A stretch of DNA of 32,000 nt from Haloferax volcanii DS2. Its GTDB lineage: Archaea > Halobacteriota > Halobacteria > Halobacteriales > Haloferacaceae. The notes beneath the pieces were generated by a model. It searched no databases and was not told the DNA's origin. It saw nothing but the letters and a program-made list of their open reading frames with translations. The DNA is taken from positions 600,001 to 632,000 of the forward strand of contig NC_013967.1 in the NCBI RefSeq assembly GCF_000025685.1, written 5' to 3'. Below, one piece after another: positions 15,744-24,992 of this stretch (position 1 is the stretch's first letter; each line of letters starts with the position of its first letter). A program made the position numbers and the translations under genes.

Positions 15744-17078
15744 ATGACCGACGACCGCGTCGCGGCCCTCAAAGCCCGCGTCTGCGACGCTATTGACGAC
15801 CGCGCGGACGAGATTATCGACTTCGCGAAGGACGTGCAGGCCGAACCGGAACTCGGCTACAAGGAGGTGAAGACGACCGAGAAGGTCGTCTCGCTGTTCG
15901 AAGACCTCGACCTCGACGTGGAGACGGAGCTGGCGATTACCGGCGCTCGCGCCCGCGCGGGGTCGGGCGACTTCGTCGCGGCCGTCCTCGGCGAACTCGA
16001 CGCGCTCGTCAACCCGGACCACCCGATGGCGGACCCCGAGACCGGCGCGGTCCACGCCTGCGGCCACAACGCCCAACTCGCAAACCTCGTGGGGACCGCC
16101 TTTGGCCTCGTCGGAAGCGGCGTCGTGGACGACCTCGACGGCGCGGTCGAGTTCGTCGCCGTGCCGGCCGAGGAGTACCTCGACCTCGACTACCGGCGCG
16201 GCCTGCTCGACGCCGGCGATATCGAGTTCTTCGGCGGCAAACAGGAGCTCATCCGCCGCGGCTACGTCGACGACTGGGACGCCGCCGCGATGATGCACGC
16301 CGGCAGCGACACGCCCGAGCGGACGATTACGAGCGACTTCTCGACCAACGGCTTCGTCGGTAAGTTCGTCACCTACCGCGGGACCGAGGCGCACGCCGGC
16401 GCGGCCCCCGAGGAGGGCGTCAACGCGCTCAACGCCGCGATGCTCGGGATGAACGCGGTCCACGCCCAGCGCGAGCGCTTCCGCGACGAGGACCACGTCC
16501 GCGTCCACCCCATCATCACCCGCGGCGGCGACGGCGTCAACGTCGTCCCCGCCGAGGTGACGATGGAGTCGTACGTCCGCGCGGCCTCGGTCGAAGCGGT
16601 CGCGGACGCCAACGAGTCGGTCAATCGGGCGCTCGCCTCGGGCGCGATGGGCGTCGGCGGCGACGTGGAAATCGAGGACTACCCAGGCTACATGCCGCTT
16701 CGGACCGACGAGACGATAGTCGCGTTCTACGACGAGAACGCCCGCGACATCGTCGGTCCCGACGCGGTCACGCCGGGGACGCCGCACCTCTCGGGGTCGA
16801 CCGACATGGGCGACATCACGCAACTCGTCCCCGGCATCCACCCGTGGACCGGCGGCTTCGAGGGCGCGGTCCACGCCCGCGACTTCCGCGTCGTCGACGA
16901 GGAGATGGCCTACGTCATCCCCGCGAAGCTCACCGCCTGCACGCTGGTCGACCTGCTCACCAGCCCCGAGGCGATGGCGGCGGTCCGCGAAGCGAAAGCC
17001 GAAAAGCGCAGTCGCGAAGAGTACCTCGACGCGGTCCGGTCGCTCCGGGCGACGACGACCGAGTCGTACCGGGACTGA
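15744..17078 (+). CDS. M20-family amidohydrolase/metallopeptidase (M20D-like)
   Basis: 444 aa with EPELGYKE, the AVHACGHN metal-binding motif and GTEAHAGAAPEEGVNAL. GGTGA (SD-like) lies 8 nt upstream of the ATG. Confidence 0.85.
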   Translation: MTDDRVAALKARVCDAIDDRADEIIDFAKDVQAEPELGYKEVKTTEKVVSLFEDLDLDVETELAITGARARAGSGDFVAAVLGELDALVNPDHPMADPETGAVHACGHNAQLANLVGTAFGLVGSGVVDDLDGAVEFVAVPAEEYLDLDYRRGLLDAGDIEFFGGKQELIRRGYVDDWDAAAMMHAGSDTPERTITSDFSTNGFVGKFVTYRGTEAHAGAAPEEGVNALNAAMLGMNAVHAQRERFRDEDHVRVHPIITRGGDGVNVVPAEVTMESYVRAASVEAVADANESVNRALASGAMGVGGDVEIEDYPGYMPLRTDETIVAFYDENARDIVGPDAVTPGTPHLSGSTDMGDITQLVPGIHPWTGGFEGAVHARDFRVVDEEMAYVIPAKLTACTLVDLLTSPEAMAAVREAKAEKRSREEYLDAVRSLRATTTESYRD

Positions 17079-17152
17079 GATGTCAGCGATGGGGGTTCCG
17101 CCCCGGAACTCTCCTCACACGTATCACATTTTCGGTGATTGTCTGACGCACA

Positions 17153-17157
17153 TTTAT
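17153..17157 (+). promoter_or_regulatory. TATA-like box for the coiled-coil protein / smc transcription unit
   Basis: TTTAT centred ~29 nt upstream of ATG 17184. Confidence 0.35.
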
Positions 17158-17183
17158 GTCTCACGCGCGGGGCTATGTTACCC

Positions 17184-17507
17184 ATGAGTAACCGGGTGGA
17201 GGAACTCGAATCCAAAGTCGCAGAACTTCAGGCCGCCGTCAACGGGCTCACCGAGGAGCTCGTCGAGACCAAAGAACGGCTCCGCCAGCTCGAAGACGCC
17301 AACGACGTGCAGGTCCCCTCGCGGGCCGCGACCCGTCGCGGCGACTGGGAGACCGAAGACCAGGCCGACGCGGAGGCCGCCGCCGCGGAGCCCGCCGACG
17401 CCGACGAGACCTCGCCGGCCGACGCCGACGAGACTAAACCGGACGAGGCCGACGAGACTGACGAAGGCGACGGCGAGGCGCCCGACGACGATATCATCGT
17501 CGCGTAA
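17184..17507 (+). CDS. Small coiled-coil protein with an acidic repeat tail, immediately upstream of smc
   Basis: 107 aa from ATG 17184 (MSNRVEELESKVAELQAAVNGLTEELVETKERLRQLEDAN, a heptad-like coiled coil). The tail is ADADETSP/ADADETKP/DEADETDE. Start chosen from the TATA spacing; the ORF-track start 17139 was rejected. Confidence 0.7.
   Translation: MSNRVEELESKVAELQAAVNGLTEELVETKERLRQLEDANDVQVPSRAATRRGDWETEDQADAEAAAAEPADADETSPADADETKPDEADETDEGDGEAPDDDIIVA
17394..17465 (+). repeat. 3 x 24-nt in-frame tandem repeat (acidic octapeptide repeats)
   Basis: gccgacgccgacgagacctcgccg / gccgacgccgacgagactaaaccg / gacgaggccgacgagactgacgaa. Confidence 0.7.
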
Positions 17508-17590
17508 TCGGGCGCGCCGTCCGAGCGAGCGCGCCCCGTGTTCATGCGGCGCGTTCCACCTGCGGGCGTCGCCCGCGTGAACACCAACCC

Positions 17591-20500
17591 ATGCACATCA
17601 AAGAGCTCGTCCTTGACGGTTTCAAGAGCTTCGGGCGGCCGACTCGCATCCCGTTCTACGAGGATTTCACGGTCGTTACGGGCCCGAACGGTTCCGGCAA
17701 ATCGAACATCATCGACGGCGTCCTCTTCGCGCTCGGCCTCGCCCGCACCCGCGGGATTCGCGCCGAGAAGCTGACGGACCTCATCTACAACCCCGGCCAC
17801 GCCGACGGCAGCGACGAGGCCCCCGACAAGCCCAAGGAGGCCAGCGTCACGGTCGTCCTCGACAACTCCGAGGGGACGCTCGACCGCTCGCAGGTCGTCA
17901 ACGCCGCCGGCACCGACAAAGTCGGCGGCGTCGAGGAGATAACTATCAAGCGCCGCGTCAAGGAGACGCCGGACAACTACTACTCGTACTACTACCTCAA
18001 CGAGCGCTCGGTCAACCTCTCGGACATCAAGGACCTGCTCGCGCAGGCGGGCATCACTCCCGAGGGTTACAACGTCGTCATGCAGGGCGACGTGACCGAG
18101 ATAATCAACATGACGCCCTACCAGCGGCGGGGCATCATCGACGAAATCGCGGGCGTCGCCGAGTTCGACGAGAAGAAAGACGCCGCCTTCGAGGAGTTGG
18201 AGGCGGTCGAAGAGCGCGTCGACGAGGCGGACCTCCGCATCGAGGAAAAGGAGGCGCGCCTCGACCAACTCGCCGACGAGCGCGAGACCGCCCTCACCTA
18301 CAAGGGACTCCGCGAAGAGAAAGAGGAGTACGAGGGCTACCTGAAGGCGGCGGAGCTCGAAGACAAGCGCGACGACCTCTCGCGGACCGAATCGCGCATC
18401 GAGTCCACCGAGGCAGACCTCGAAGACCTGCAGGCCGAACTCGACGAGCGACAGGGCAAGGTCACCCGTCTCGAAGCGGACCTCGAAGACCTCACCCGCG
18501 AGATAGAGCGCAAGGGCGAGGACGAACAGCTCCGCATCAAGTCGGAGATGGAGGAGATAAAGGGCGACATCTCCCGGCTCGAAAACGCCATCGACGCCGC
18601 CGAGGAAAAGCGCGACGACGCCGAGGCCGAGCGCCGAAAGGCGTTCGTCGACATCGACCGCAAGCAAGAACAGATCGACGACCTCGAAGACGACATCCGC
18701 GAGGTCAAAGTCGAGAAGGCGTCGGTCAAAAGCGACATCCAGTCCAAGCGGGTCGAACTCTCCGAGGTGCAGGCCGAAATCGACTCGGTGGACACCGAGT
18801 TCGACGAGCTGAAGTCCGAACTCGCGGAGCGAAAGGAGACGCTCGACGAGCTCAAAGACGAGAAGAACGACCGCCAGCGCGCCAAGGACCGCCTGCTCGA
18901 CGACGCGCGCCGCCGCTCGAACCAGATTTCGGAGACCCGGGACGAACTCGAACGCGCCCGCGAGCGCATCCCCGAACTGAAGGCGACCGTCTCCGACCTG
19001 CACAGCGAACTAGACACCGCCGAGAAGAACGAGGCGAAGATAGACGGCGTCATCGAGGACTTGCAGGCCGAGAAGGCCGACCTGAACGACGAACTTTCCG
19101 AGGTCACGGACGAACTCCAGACCAAGCAGTCCGAGTACGCCCGCCTCGAAGCCCGCGCTGGGAAGGACGGTGACAACTCGTGGCCCCGCGCCGTCACGAC
19201 CATCCTCAACGCCGGTATCTCCGGCGTCCACGGCGCGGTCGGCCAACTCGGCTCGGTCGACGGCGAGTACGCGAAGGCCTGTGAGACGGCCGCCGGCGGC
19301 CGCCTCGCCAACGTCGTCGTCGACGACGACGGCGTGGGGTCGTCCTGTATCGGCCACCTGAAGTCCCGTAAAGCGGGCCGCGCGACGTTCCTGCCCATCA
19401 CGAAGATGGACAACCGGAGCCTGCCGCGCGAGCCCGACAACCCCGGCGTCGTGGACTTCGCGCGCAACCTCGTCGACTACGATTCGCAGTACGAGTCGAT
19501 TTTCTCGTACGTCCTCGGGTCGACGCTCGTCGTCGAGGACATGGAGACCGCCCGCGACCTGATGGGTGACTACCGAATGGTCACCCTCGACGGCGACCTC
19601 GTGGAGCGCTCCGGCGCGATGACCGGCGGCTCCGGCGGCGGCTCTCGCTACTCGTTTTCGAAGTCCGGCGAGGGCAAACTCGACCGCCTCGCGAAAGAGA
19701 TTACGAAGCTCGAAGACCGCCGCCGCTCGCTCAACGAGGAGATTCGCGACATCGACGACGACCTCGACGACGCCCGCGGGCGGGCTTCCGACGCCGCCGA
19801 CCGCGTTCGGACCATCGAGCGCGAAATCGAGGACGCCGAGGAGGATATCGAGGAGGCCGAAGCCGAAATCGACCGGCTCGAAGACCGCCTCGACGAACTC
19901 CAGTCCGAACGCGAGTCGGTGGACGAACAGATGTCCGACCTCGACGACGAAATCGCCGACCTCGACGACGAAATCGAGACGGTCGAGGCCGAAATCGAGG
20001 ACATCGAAGCCGAACTCGCGGACTCCGAGATTCCGGAACTCACCGCCCGCGCCGACGATATTCGCGCGGACATCGACGACCTCGAAGACCGGATGTCCAC
20101 GCTCGACGGCCGGCTCAACGAGATTCAACTCGAAAAGCAGTACGCCGAGGACGCGGTCGACGACCTCCACGACACGATCGAGGCCGCCCAAAACCGCAAG
20201 GCCGAGGCTCGGGAGTCCATCTCCGAGGCGGAGTCGACAATCGAGGAGCGCGAGGACGACCTCGAAGCCAAGCGCGAGGCGGTCGCCGAACTCGAGGAGG
20301 AACTGGTCGACCTCAAGGAGGACCGCACGGAGCTCCAAGACGACCTCCGCGAAGCTCGGAGCGCCCGCGACGAGAAGAAAGACCGGGTGAATGCGGTCGA
20401 ATCCAAGCTCGAAAGCATGCGCTCGGCCGCCGAACGGCTCGAATGGGAAATCGACGAACTCCAGTCGCAGGTCGGAGACTACGACCCCGACGAGATTCCC

Positions 20501-21313
20501 GACCACGACACGGTCGAGTCGGAAATCGAGCGACTCACCGAGGAGATGGAGGAACTCGAACCGGTCAACATGCTCGCTATCGACGAGTACGACGACGTGA
20601 AAGCCGACCTCGAAGCCCTCCAAGAACGCCGCGACGTGCTGGTCGAAGAGCGGGACGCCATCGCCGACCGCATCGACCAGTACGAGTCCCAGAAGAAGGC
20701 GACGTTCATGGAGTCGTTCGACGCCATCGCCGAGAACTTCACGGACATCTTCGAGCGCCTGTCGAACGGGACGGGGCACCTCCAGTTAGAGAACCCCGAC
20801 GACCCCTTCGAGGAGGGCCTGACGATGAAGGCCCAGCCGGGCGACAAGCCAATCCAGCGCCTCGACGCCATGTCCGGCGGCGAGAAGTCGCTGACGGCGC
20901 TCGCGTTTATCTTCGCCATCCAGCGGCACAACCCCGCGCCGTTCTACGCGCTCGACGAGGTGGACGCCTTCCTCGACGCCGCGAACGCCGAGCGCGTCGG
21001 CCAGATGGTCGACGACCTCGCGGGCGACGCCCAGTTCGTCGTCGTCTCGCACCGCTCTGCGCTCCTCGAACGCGCCGAGCGCGCTATCGGCGTGACGATG
21101 CAGGGCGACAACGTCAGCGCGGTCACGGGTATCCAGTTCGGCGGCGACGGCGAGGCTGGAAGCGACGGCGGTGACGGCCGCGACGCGGACGGTCCGGGCG
21201 GAGACGACGGCGGAAGCGGCGACGGCAGCGACGACGACGGTGACGACGCGGACGGTGGTGACGGCGGCGAGGCCGACGCGGACGTGGAAGCGGAGGTTCC
21301 GGCGGATGACTGA
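17591..21313 (+). CDS. smc: Chromosome segregation protein SMC
   Basis: 1240 aa. Walker A GPNGSGKSNIID at the N-terminus, long Glu/Asp/Leu-rich coiled coils, the hinge (GVHGAVGQLGSVDGEYAKACETAAGGRL), signature LSGGEKSLTALAFIFA and Walker B FYALDEVDAFLD. It also has a ~55-aa Gly/Asp tail. Confidence 0.97.
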   Translation: MHIKELVLDGFKSFGRPTRIPFYEDFTVVTGPNGSGKSNIIDGVLFALGLARTRGIRAEKLTDLIYNPGHADGSDEAPDKPKEASVTVVLDNSEGTLDRSQVVNAAGTDKVGGVEEITIKRRVKETPDNYYSYYYLNERSVNLSDIKDLLAQAGITPEGYNVVMQGDVTEIINMTPYQRRGIIDEIAGVAEFDEKKDAAFEELEAVEERVDEADLRIEEKEARLDQLADERETALTYKGLREEKEEYEGYLKAAELEDKRDDLSRTESRIESTEADLEDLQAELDERQGKVTRLEADLEDLTREIERKGEDEQLRIKSEMEEIKGDISRLENAIDAAEEKRDDAEAERRKAFVDIDRKQEQIDDLEDDIREVKVEKASVKSDIQSKRVELSEVQAEIDSVDTEFDELKSELAERKETLDELKDEKNDRQRAKDRLLDDARRRSNQISETRDELERARERIPELKATVSDLHSELDTAEKNEAKIDGVIEDLQAEKADLNDELSEVTDELQTKQSEYARLEARAGKDGDNSWPRAVTTILNAGISGVHGAVGQLGSVDGEYAKACETAAGGRLANVVVDDDGVGSSCIGHLKSRKAGRATFLPITKMDNRSLPREPDNPGVVDFARNLVDYDSQYESIFSYVLGSTLVVEDMETARDLMGDYRMVTLDGDLVERSGAMTGGSGGGSRYSFSKSGEGKLDRLAKEITKLEDRRRSLNEEIRDIDDDLDDARGRASDAADRVRTIEREIEDAEEDIEEAEAEIDRLEDRLDELQSERESVDEQMSDLDDEIADLDDEIETVEAEIEDIEAELADSEIPELTARADDIRADIDDLEDRMSTLDGRLNEIQLEKQYAEDAVDDLHDTIEAAQNRKAEARESISEAESTIEEREDDLEAKREAVAELEEELVDLKEDRTELQDDLREARSARDEKKDRVNAVESKLESMRSAAERLEWEIDELQSQVGDYDPDEIPDHDTVESEIERLTEEMEELEPVNMLAIDEYDDVKADLEALQERRDVLVEERDAIADRIDQYESQKKATFMESFDAIAENFTDIFERLSNGTGHLQLENPDDPFEEGLTMKAQPGDKPIQRLDAMSGGEKSLTALAFIFAIQRHNPAPFYALDEVDAFLDAANAERVGQMVDDLAGDAQFVVVSHRSALLERAERAIGVTMQGDNVSAVTGIQFGGDGEAGSDGGDGRDADGPGGDDGGSGDGSDDDGDDADGGDGGEADADVEAEVPADD

Positions 21314-22433
21314 CGACATCCCCGAACTGAACCTCTCTCGCGGGCGCGGCGAGCGAGACGGAAGCGACGGCGACGACGATGACGACGGGGTCTTCTCGTT
21401 CGCCGGCGACGACGCCGCGCCCGACTCCGAGGCAGACGCCGCCCCCGCCGAACCCGACGCGATGGACGAGGTCCTCCCGGAGGACGTCTCCGAGTCGGAC
21501 GACGACGAGGTCGAACCGGTCGAACTCCTCGTCCAACTCGCCAAGGAGGGAACCATCGACCCGTGGGACATCGACATCGTGGAGGTCACGGACGCGTTCC
21601 TGAACCGCCTCGACGCGATGGACCTCCGGACGACCGGCCGGGCGCTGTTCTACGCGAGCGTCCTCCTGCGCATGAAGTCGGACGAACTCCTCGCCCCGGA
21701 CGAACCCGACGAGGAGGAACTCGAACCGTGGGAACTCGCCTTGGAGAGCGGCGGCGACGAGGGCCACCCCGGCGACGACGGCGAGGGGCCTCCCGGGTTC
21801 GACCCAATCGACGCGCTGGAAGACGAGATGGACCGTCGGCTCGAACGCAAGCACGCCCGCGGGTCGCCCGAAACGCTGGACGAACTCGTGCGCGAACTCC
21901 GGGAGGTCGAACGCGGGTCGTGGTGGAAGCGCCGCCGAGAGTACGACACCTCCGAGTCGCCCCGCGGCTTCTCCCGCGGGACGCAGACGCTCGACTACCA
22001 CACGCCCGGCGAGATGCGCGGCGCGGGCGAACCCACCGAAGACGACGTGACCGGGACCGCCCACAACGAGGACATCGAGGCGGTCGTCGAAGCCGTCGGC
22101 GACGTGCTCGCCACCCACTACGAGAAGGGCCGCGACGAGGTGCTGTTCGCCGAGATACGCGACGTGGCCGACACCGTGATGACGACCTATCTCGCGCTCC
22201 TGTTTCTGTCCCACCGGAGCACGGTCTACCTCAAGCAGGACGACCTGTTCGGCGACCTCTGGATTCGGAACCCCGAGGTGTTCGACGCCGACCCCGGCGC
22301 GGGGTCGGACGCGGATGCAGACGCTGAGGTTGCCGACGATGCGGACGCCGAGGTGGCTGACGGCGGTGACGACGCCGACGACGCCGACAGCGACGACCCC
22401 GAACTCGAAGCCGAGGCCATCGCGGACGACTAG
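21306..22433 (+). CDS. scpA: Segregation and condensation protein A (kleisin ScpA)
   Basis: ATG 21306 overlaps the smc stop (ATGACTGA) and is preceded by GGAGGT at 21292-21297. The core reads VEPVELLVQLAKEGTIDPWDIDIVEVTDAFL...TGRALFYASVLLRMKS, with acidic N- and C-terminal extensions. Confidence 0.9.
   Translation: MTDDIPELNLSRGRGERDGSDGDDDDDGVFSFAGDDAAPDSEADAAPAEPDAMDEVLPEDVSESDDDEVEPVELLVQLAKEGTIDPWDIDIVEVTDAFLNRLDAMDLRTTGRALFYASVLLRMKSDELLAPDEPDEEELEPWELALESGGDEGHPGDDGEGPPGFDPIDALEDEMDRRLERKHARGSPETLDELVRELREVERGSWWKRRREYDTSESPRGFSRGTQTLDYHTPGEMRGAGEPTEDDVTGTAHNEDIEAVVEAVGDVLATHYEKGRDEVLFAEIRDVADTVMTTYLALLFLSHRSTVYLKQDDLFGDLWIRNPEVFDADPGAGSDADADAEVADDADAEVADGGDDADDADSDDPELEAEAIADD
22314..22361 (+). 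repeat. 2 x 24-nt in-frame tandem repeat (DADAEVAD x2) in the scpA acidic tail
   Basis: gatgcagacgctgaggttgccgac / gatgcggacgccgaggtggctgac. Confidence 0.7.
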
Positions 22434-22435
22434 CT

Positions 22436-22442
22436 ATTTTAT
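22436..22442 (+). promoter_or_regulatory. TATA-like box (ATTTTAT) for the 22466 gene
   Basis: Centred 27 nt upstream of GTG 22466, consistent with a leaderless GTG-initiated mRNA. Confidence 0.4.
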
Positions 22443-22465
22443 CGGGCCCGCCGTCACTCTCGGAC

Positions 22466-22942
22466 GTGCCCCATCCGACCCTGCTCTCCAGCACGCTCCG
22501 ACGACTGACGGTCGCGGTCTCGCTCGTCACGTCGACGCTGTTCGCGGCGCTCGCGGCGGCTATTTTGTTCCCCCAGTCGGCCATTTGGACGTGGGCGCTC
22601 CTGTTTTTCGTCCCCATCTTCTGGCTGCACTGCTACTTTCCCGGCTACGTCTCGTACAGTCCGACCGCGTTCGGTCGCGTCCGCGAGGTGGTCACGTCGC
22701 CGCGGGCGGTCCGCGAGTGCGTCGTCTGCGGCGAGGCCGACGACCGGGGCGTCGCCCGGGCGTTCAGCACGCAGTTCGTCGTCGCGGGCATCCCGCTTTC
22801 GACGACCGACCGCGGGGAAAACGAGTACTGCACGCGCTGTCACGGGGTCGAGTTCTCACCGACCGATGAAGCGGCGCGTGGCGAACGCGAGGCCGGGGAG
22901 TCGGAAGGCGACTCGGGCAAATCCGCAGAACTGAACGACTGA
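22466..22942 (+). CDS. Hypothetical membrane protein with 2 TM and a cytoplasmic CxxC...CxxC zinc-ribbon-like domain
   Basis: 158-aa ORF with a GTG start and no internal Met. Two hydrophobic helices, then CVVCGE...CTRCHG and an acidic tail. TATA sits at -27. Confidence 0.6.
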   Translation: MPHPTLLSSTLRRLTVAVSLVTSTLFAALAAAILFPQSAIWTWALLFFVPIFWLHCYFPGYVSYSPTAFGRVREVVTSPRAVRECVVCGEADDRGVARAFSTQFVVAGIPLSTTDRGENEYCTRCHGVEFSPTDEAARGEREAGESEGDSGKSAELND

Positions 22943-22949
22943 GACCGGC

Positions 22950-23810
22950 TCAGTCGACGTATTCGTCGATGAGTGGCGCGAGCTTTGCTTTCGTCTCGGC
23001 GGGGATGGCCTCGTCGGGCGTGTTGATGGTCCCTTCGAGCGCGGAGTGACTGTCGGTCTCGTGGCCGTCGGGAATCTTGTGGATGGCGGCCTCGACGGTC
23101 TCCTTGATGGCCTCCTCGTTGGCGGCGGCGTTCTTCAGCACCTCGTCGAGGGTGACTTCGCTGTCGTCCTTCCAGACGTCGTAGTCGGTGACGCCGGTGA
23201 TGGTCGCGTAGGCCATCTCGGCCTCGCGGGCGAGTTTGGCCTCGGGGATGGTCGTCATGCCGATGACGTCCCAGCCCTGCGCGCGGTAGTGTTCGCTTTC
23301 GGCCTTCGTGGAGTACGACGGCCCCTCGATGCAGACGTAGGTGCCGCCCTCCTGGACCTGGGCGTCGGTCGCCTCCTCGGCGGCCTCGGCGAGGATGGAG
23401 ACGAGTTCCTCGTCGTACGGCATCGCGAAGGGCTGGTGGACGACGATGCCCTCGTCGAAGAACGTCAAGGGGCGGTGTTTCGTGCGGTCGTAAATCTGGT
23501 CGGGGACGACGAGCGTCTGCGGCGGCAGGTCCTCTTTGAGGCTGCCGACGGCGTTGCTGGCGAGGACGTGGGTGACGCCGAGCTGCTTCAGCGCGAAGAT
23601 GTTCGCGCGGTAGGGGAGCGTCGTCGGCGAGTGCTGGTGGTCCGGGCCGTGTCGCGGGAGGAAGACGACCTCGCGGCCGGTGTCACCGAACTCGCCGACG
23701 ACGGGCGTCGTCGAGGGTTCGCCGAACGGCGTCTCGACGGGTTCCTCGCGGGTGTTCTCCAGCGGGAGCGCCTCGTAGATACCGCTGCCACCGATGAATC
23801 CGATTTTCAT
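22950..23810 (-). CDS. mtnP: S-methyl-5'-thioadenosine phosphorylase (MTAP / purine nucleoside phosphorylase family)
   Basis: 286 aa from ATG 23810 (MKIGFIGGSGIYE...FLPRHGPDHQHSPTTLPYRANIFALKQLGVTHVLASNAVGSL...GMTTIPEAKLAREAEMAYA). TATA-like ATTTTG sits ~27 nt upstream. Confidence 0.88.
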   Translation of the reverse strand: MKIGFIGGSGIYEALPLENTREEPVETPFGEPSTTPVVGEFGDTGREVVFLPRHGPDHQHSPTTLPYRANIFALKQLGVTHVLASNAVGSLKEDLPPQTLVVPDQIYDRTKHRPLTFFDEGIVVHQPFAMPYDEELVSILAEAAEEATDAQVQEGGTYVCIEGPSYSTKAESEHYRAQGWDVIGMTTIPEAKLAREAEMAYATITGVTDYDVWKDDSEVTLDEVLKNAAANEEAIKETVEAAIHKIPDGHETDSHSALEGTINTPDEAIPAETKAKLAPLIDEYVD

Positions 23811-23833
23811 ACTCGAAGGTCGGGGAGGGCGCA

Positions 23834-23839
23834 CAAAAT
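23834..23839 (-). promoter_or_regulatory. TATA-like box for the MTA phosphorylase gene
   Basis: The minus strand reads ATTTTG, centred ~27 nt upstream of ATG 23810. Confidence 0.35.
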
Positions 23840-23855
23840 CGTGGCGAAACGGGCG

Positions 23856-24830
23856 CTACACCACGAAGCCGTGGTTCAAGAGGTAGATGAGCACCGAGAG
23901 CGCGGGCACGCTGAGGAGCGTCGTCGCGAAGACGGCCGCGGAGACGAACTCGGCGAGCGAAGTGGCCGACCCGGCCCCCGAGGCGTCACCGAACTCCGCG
24001 ACGAGGATGAGCGGCGTGACCGCGGCGGGCATCGCGGATTCGAGGACGAACGTCCGCGCGACCGTCGGGTCACCGAAGCCGGCGACGAGCGCGACGCCGA
24101 CCGCGACCGCGGGCGCGACGACCATCTTGAGCGCGGCGACGACGCCGACCTCCGAGAGCGTCGAGCCGAGGTCGGCCCCCGCGAGTTGGATGCCGAGGAT
24201 GAGGAGCATCATCGGAATCGACGAGTCGCCGACGAGCCTGAGCGTCTCCATCGCGGGGACGCCCGTCGGCGGGACGACGCCGAGCCAGCGTGCCGCGAGC
24301 GCGGCGACGACGGCGTAGACGAGCGGGATTCGGACGATGCGTTCGAGGCCGACGCGCCACCCCGGCGGGGCGTCGTCGCGGTCGTCTCCGCGTCCGGCGA
24401 TATACACGCCCAGCGTGTAGATGAGGACGCTCTGGACGGCGAGGTAGACGACGGCCGTCGAGCGGCCGGTATCGCCGAAGGCAAAGGAGCTGACGGGGAT
24501 GCCGTAGTTCCCCGAGTTCGGGAAGGCGGCGACGAGGACGAGCGCGCCGAGGAGGGGGTCGGAAATCCCCGCGAGTCGGGCGACGCCGCCCGCGACGAGG
24601 AGCATGGCGACGTGGTAGGCGACGACGCCGGCGGTGAGGGCGGCCAGCGTCTCGCCGGCGAGTTCGGTCGTTGCGAGGCTGTAAAACACGAGGACCGGCG
24701 CGAGGACGTACACCGTGACCGTGTTGAGCGGTTCGGGGTCCACGTCGCGGACGCGACCGAGGAGAAAGCCCACCGCGCCGATGGCGAGAATCGGCAGGAG
24801 CGCGCCGGCGAAGATAGAAAACAGCGACAT
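23856..24830 (-). CDS. AEC-family (auxin efflux carrier-like) transporter
   Basis: 324 aa from ATG 24830 (MSLFSIFAGALLPILAIGAVGFLLGR). About 10 TM with the typical two-halves architecture and NSGNYGIP and ESAMPAAV motifs. Confidence 0.82.
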   Translation of the reverse strand: MSLFSIFAGALLPILAIGAVGFLLGRVRDVDPEPLNTVTVYVLAPVLVFYSLATTELAGETLAALTAGVVAYHVAMLLVAGGVARLAGISDPLLGALVLVAAFPNSGNYGIPVSSFAFGDTGRSTAVVYLAVQSVLIYTLGVYIAGRGDDRDDAPPGWRVGLERIVRIPLVYAVVAALAARWLGVVPPTGVPAMETLRLVGDSSIPMMLLILGIQLAGADLGSTLSEVGVVAALKMVVAPAVAVGVALVAGFGDPTVARTFVLESAMPAAVTPLILVAEFGDASGAGSATSLAEFVSAAVFATTLLSVPALSVLIYLLNHGFVV

Positions 24831-24992
24831 GCGCGTGCCGAAGCGCGTCACGCAAACGAACGTTTCGCTTCGAGCGAGTCCCGACGGAACTCGGACGCAG
24901 GCGGCCGGAGAGACAGCCGAAACTGGGTGTCGAAGCGGACCCGAGAAGGAGCGCGAGATCGAACGAAGCCGGGCGGACCGAAAGCGCCGGTT

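Noticed and set aside
17394-22361. Short tandem repeats as a CRISPR-like or minisatellite array
   Set aside because: The repeats are in-frame 24-nt units within coding acidic tails. They are contiguous, without spacers, and have only 2-3 copies.
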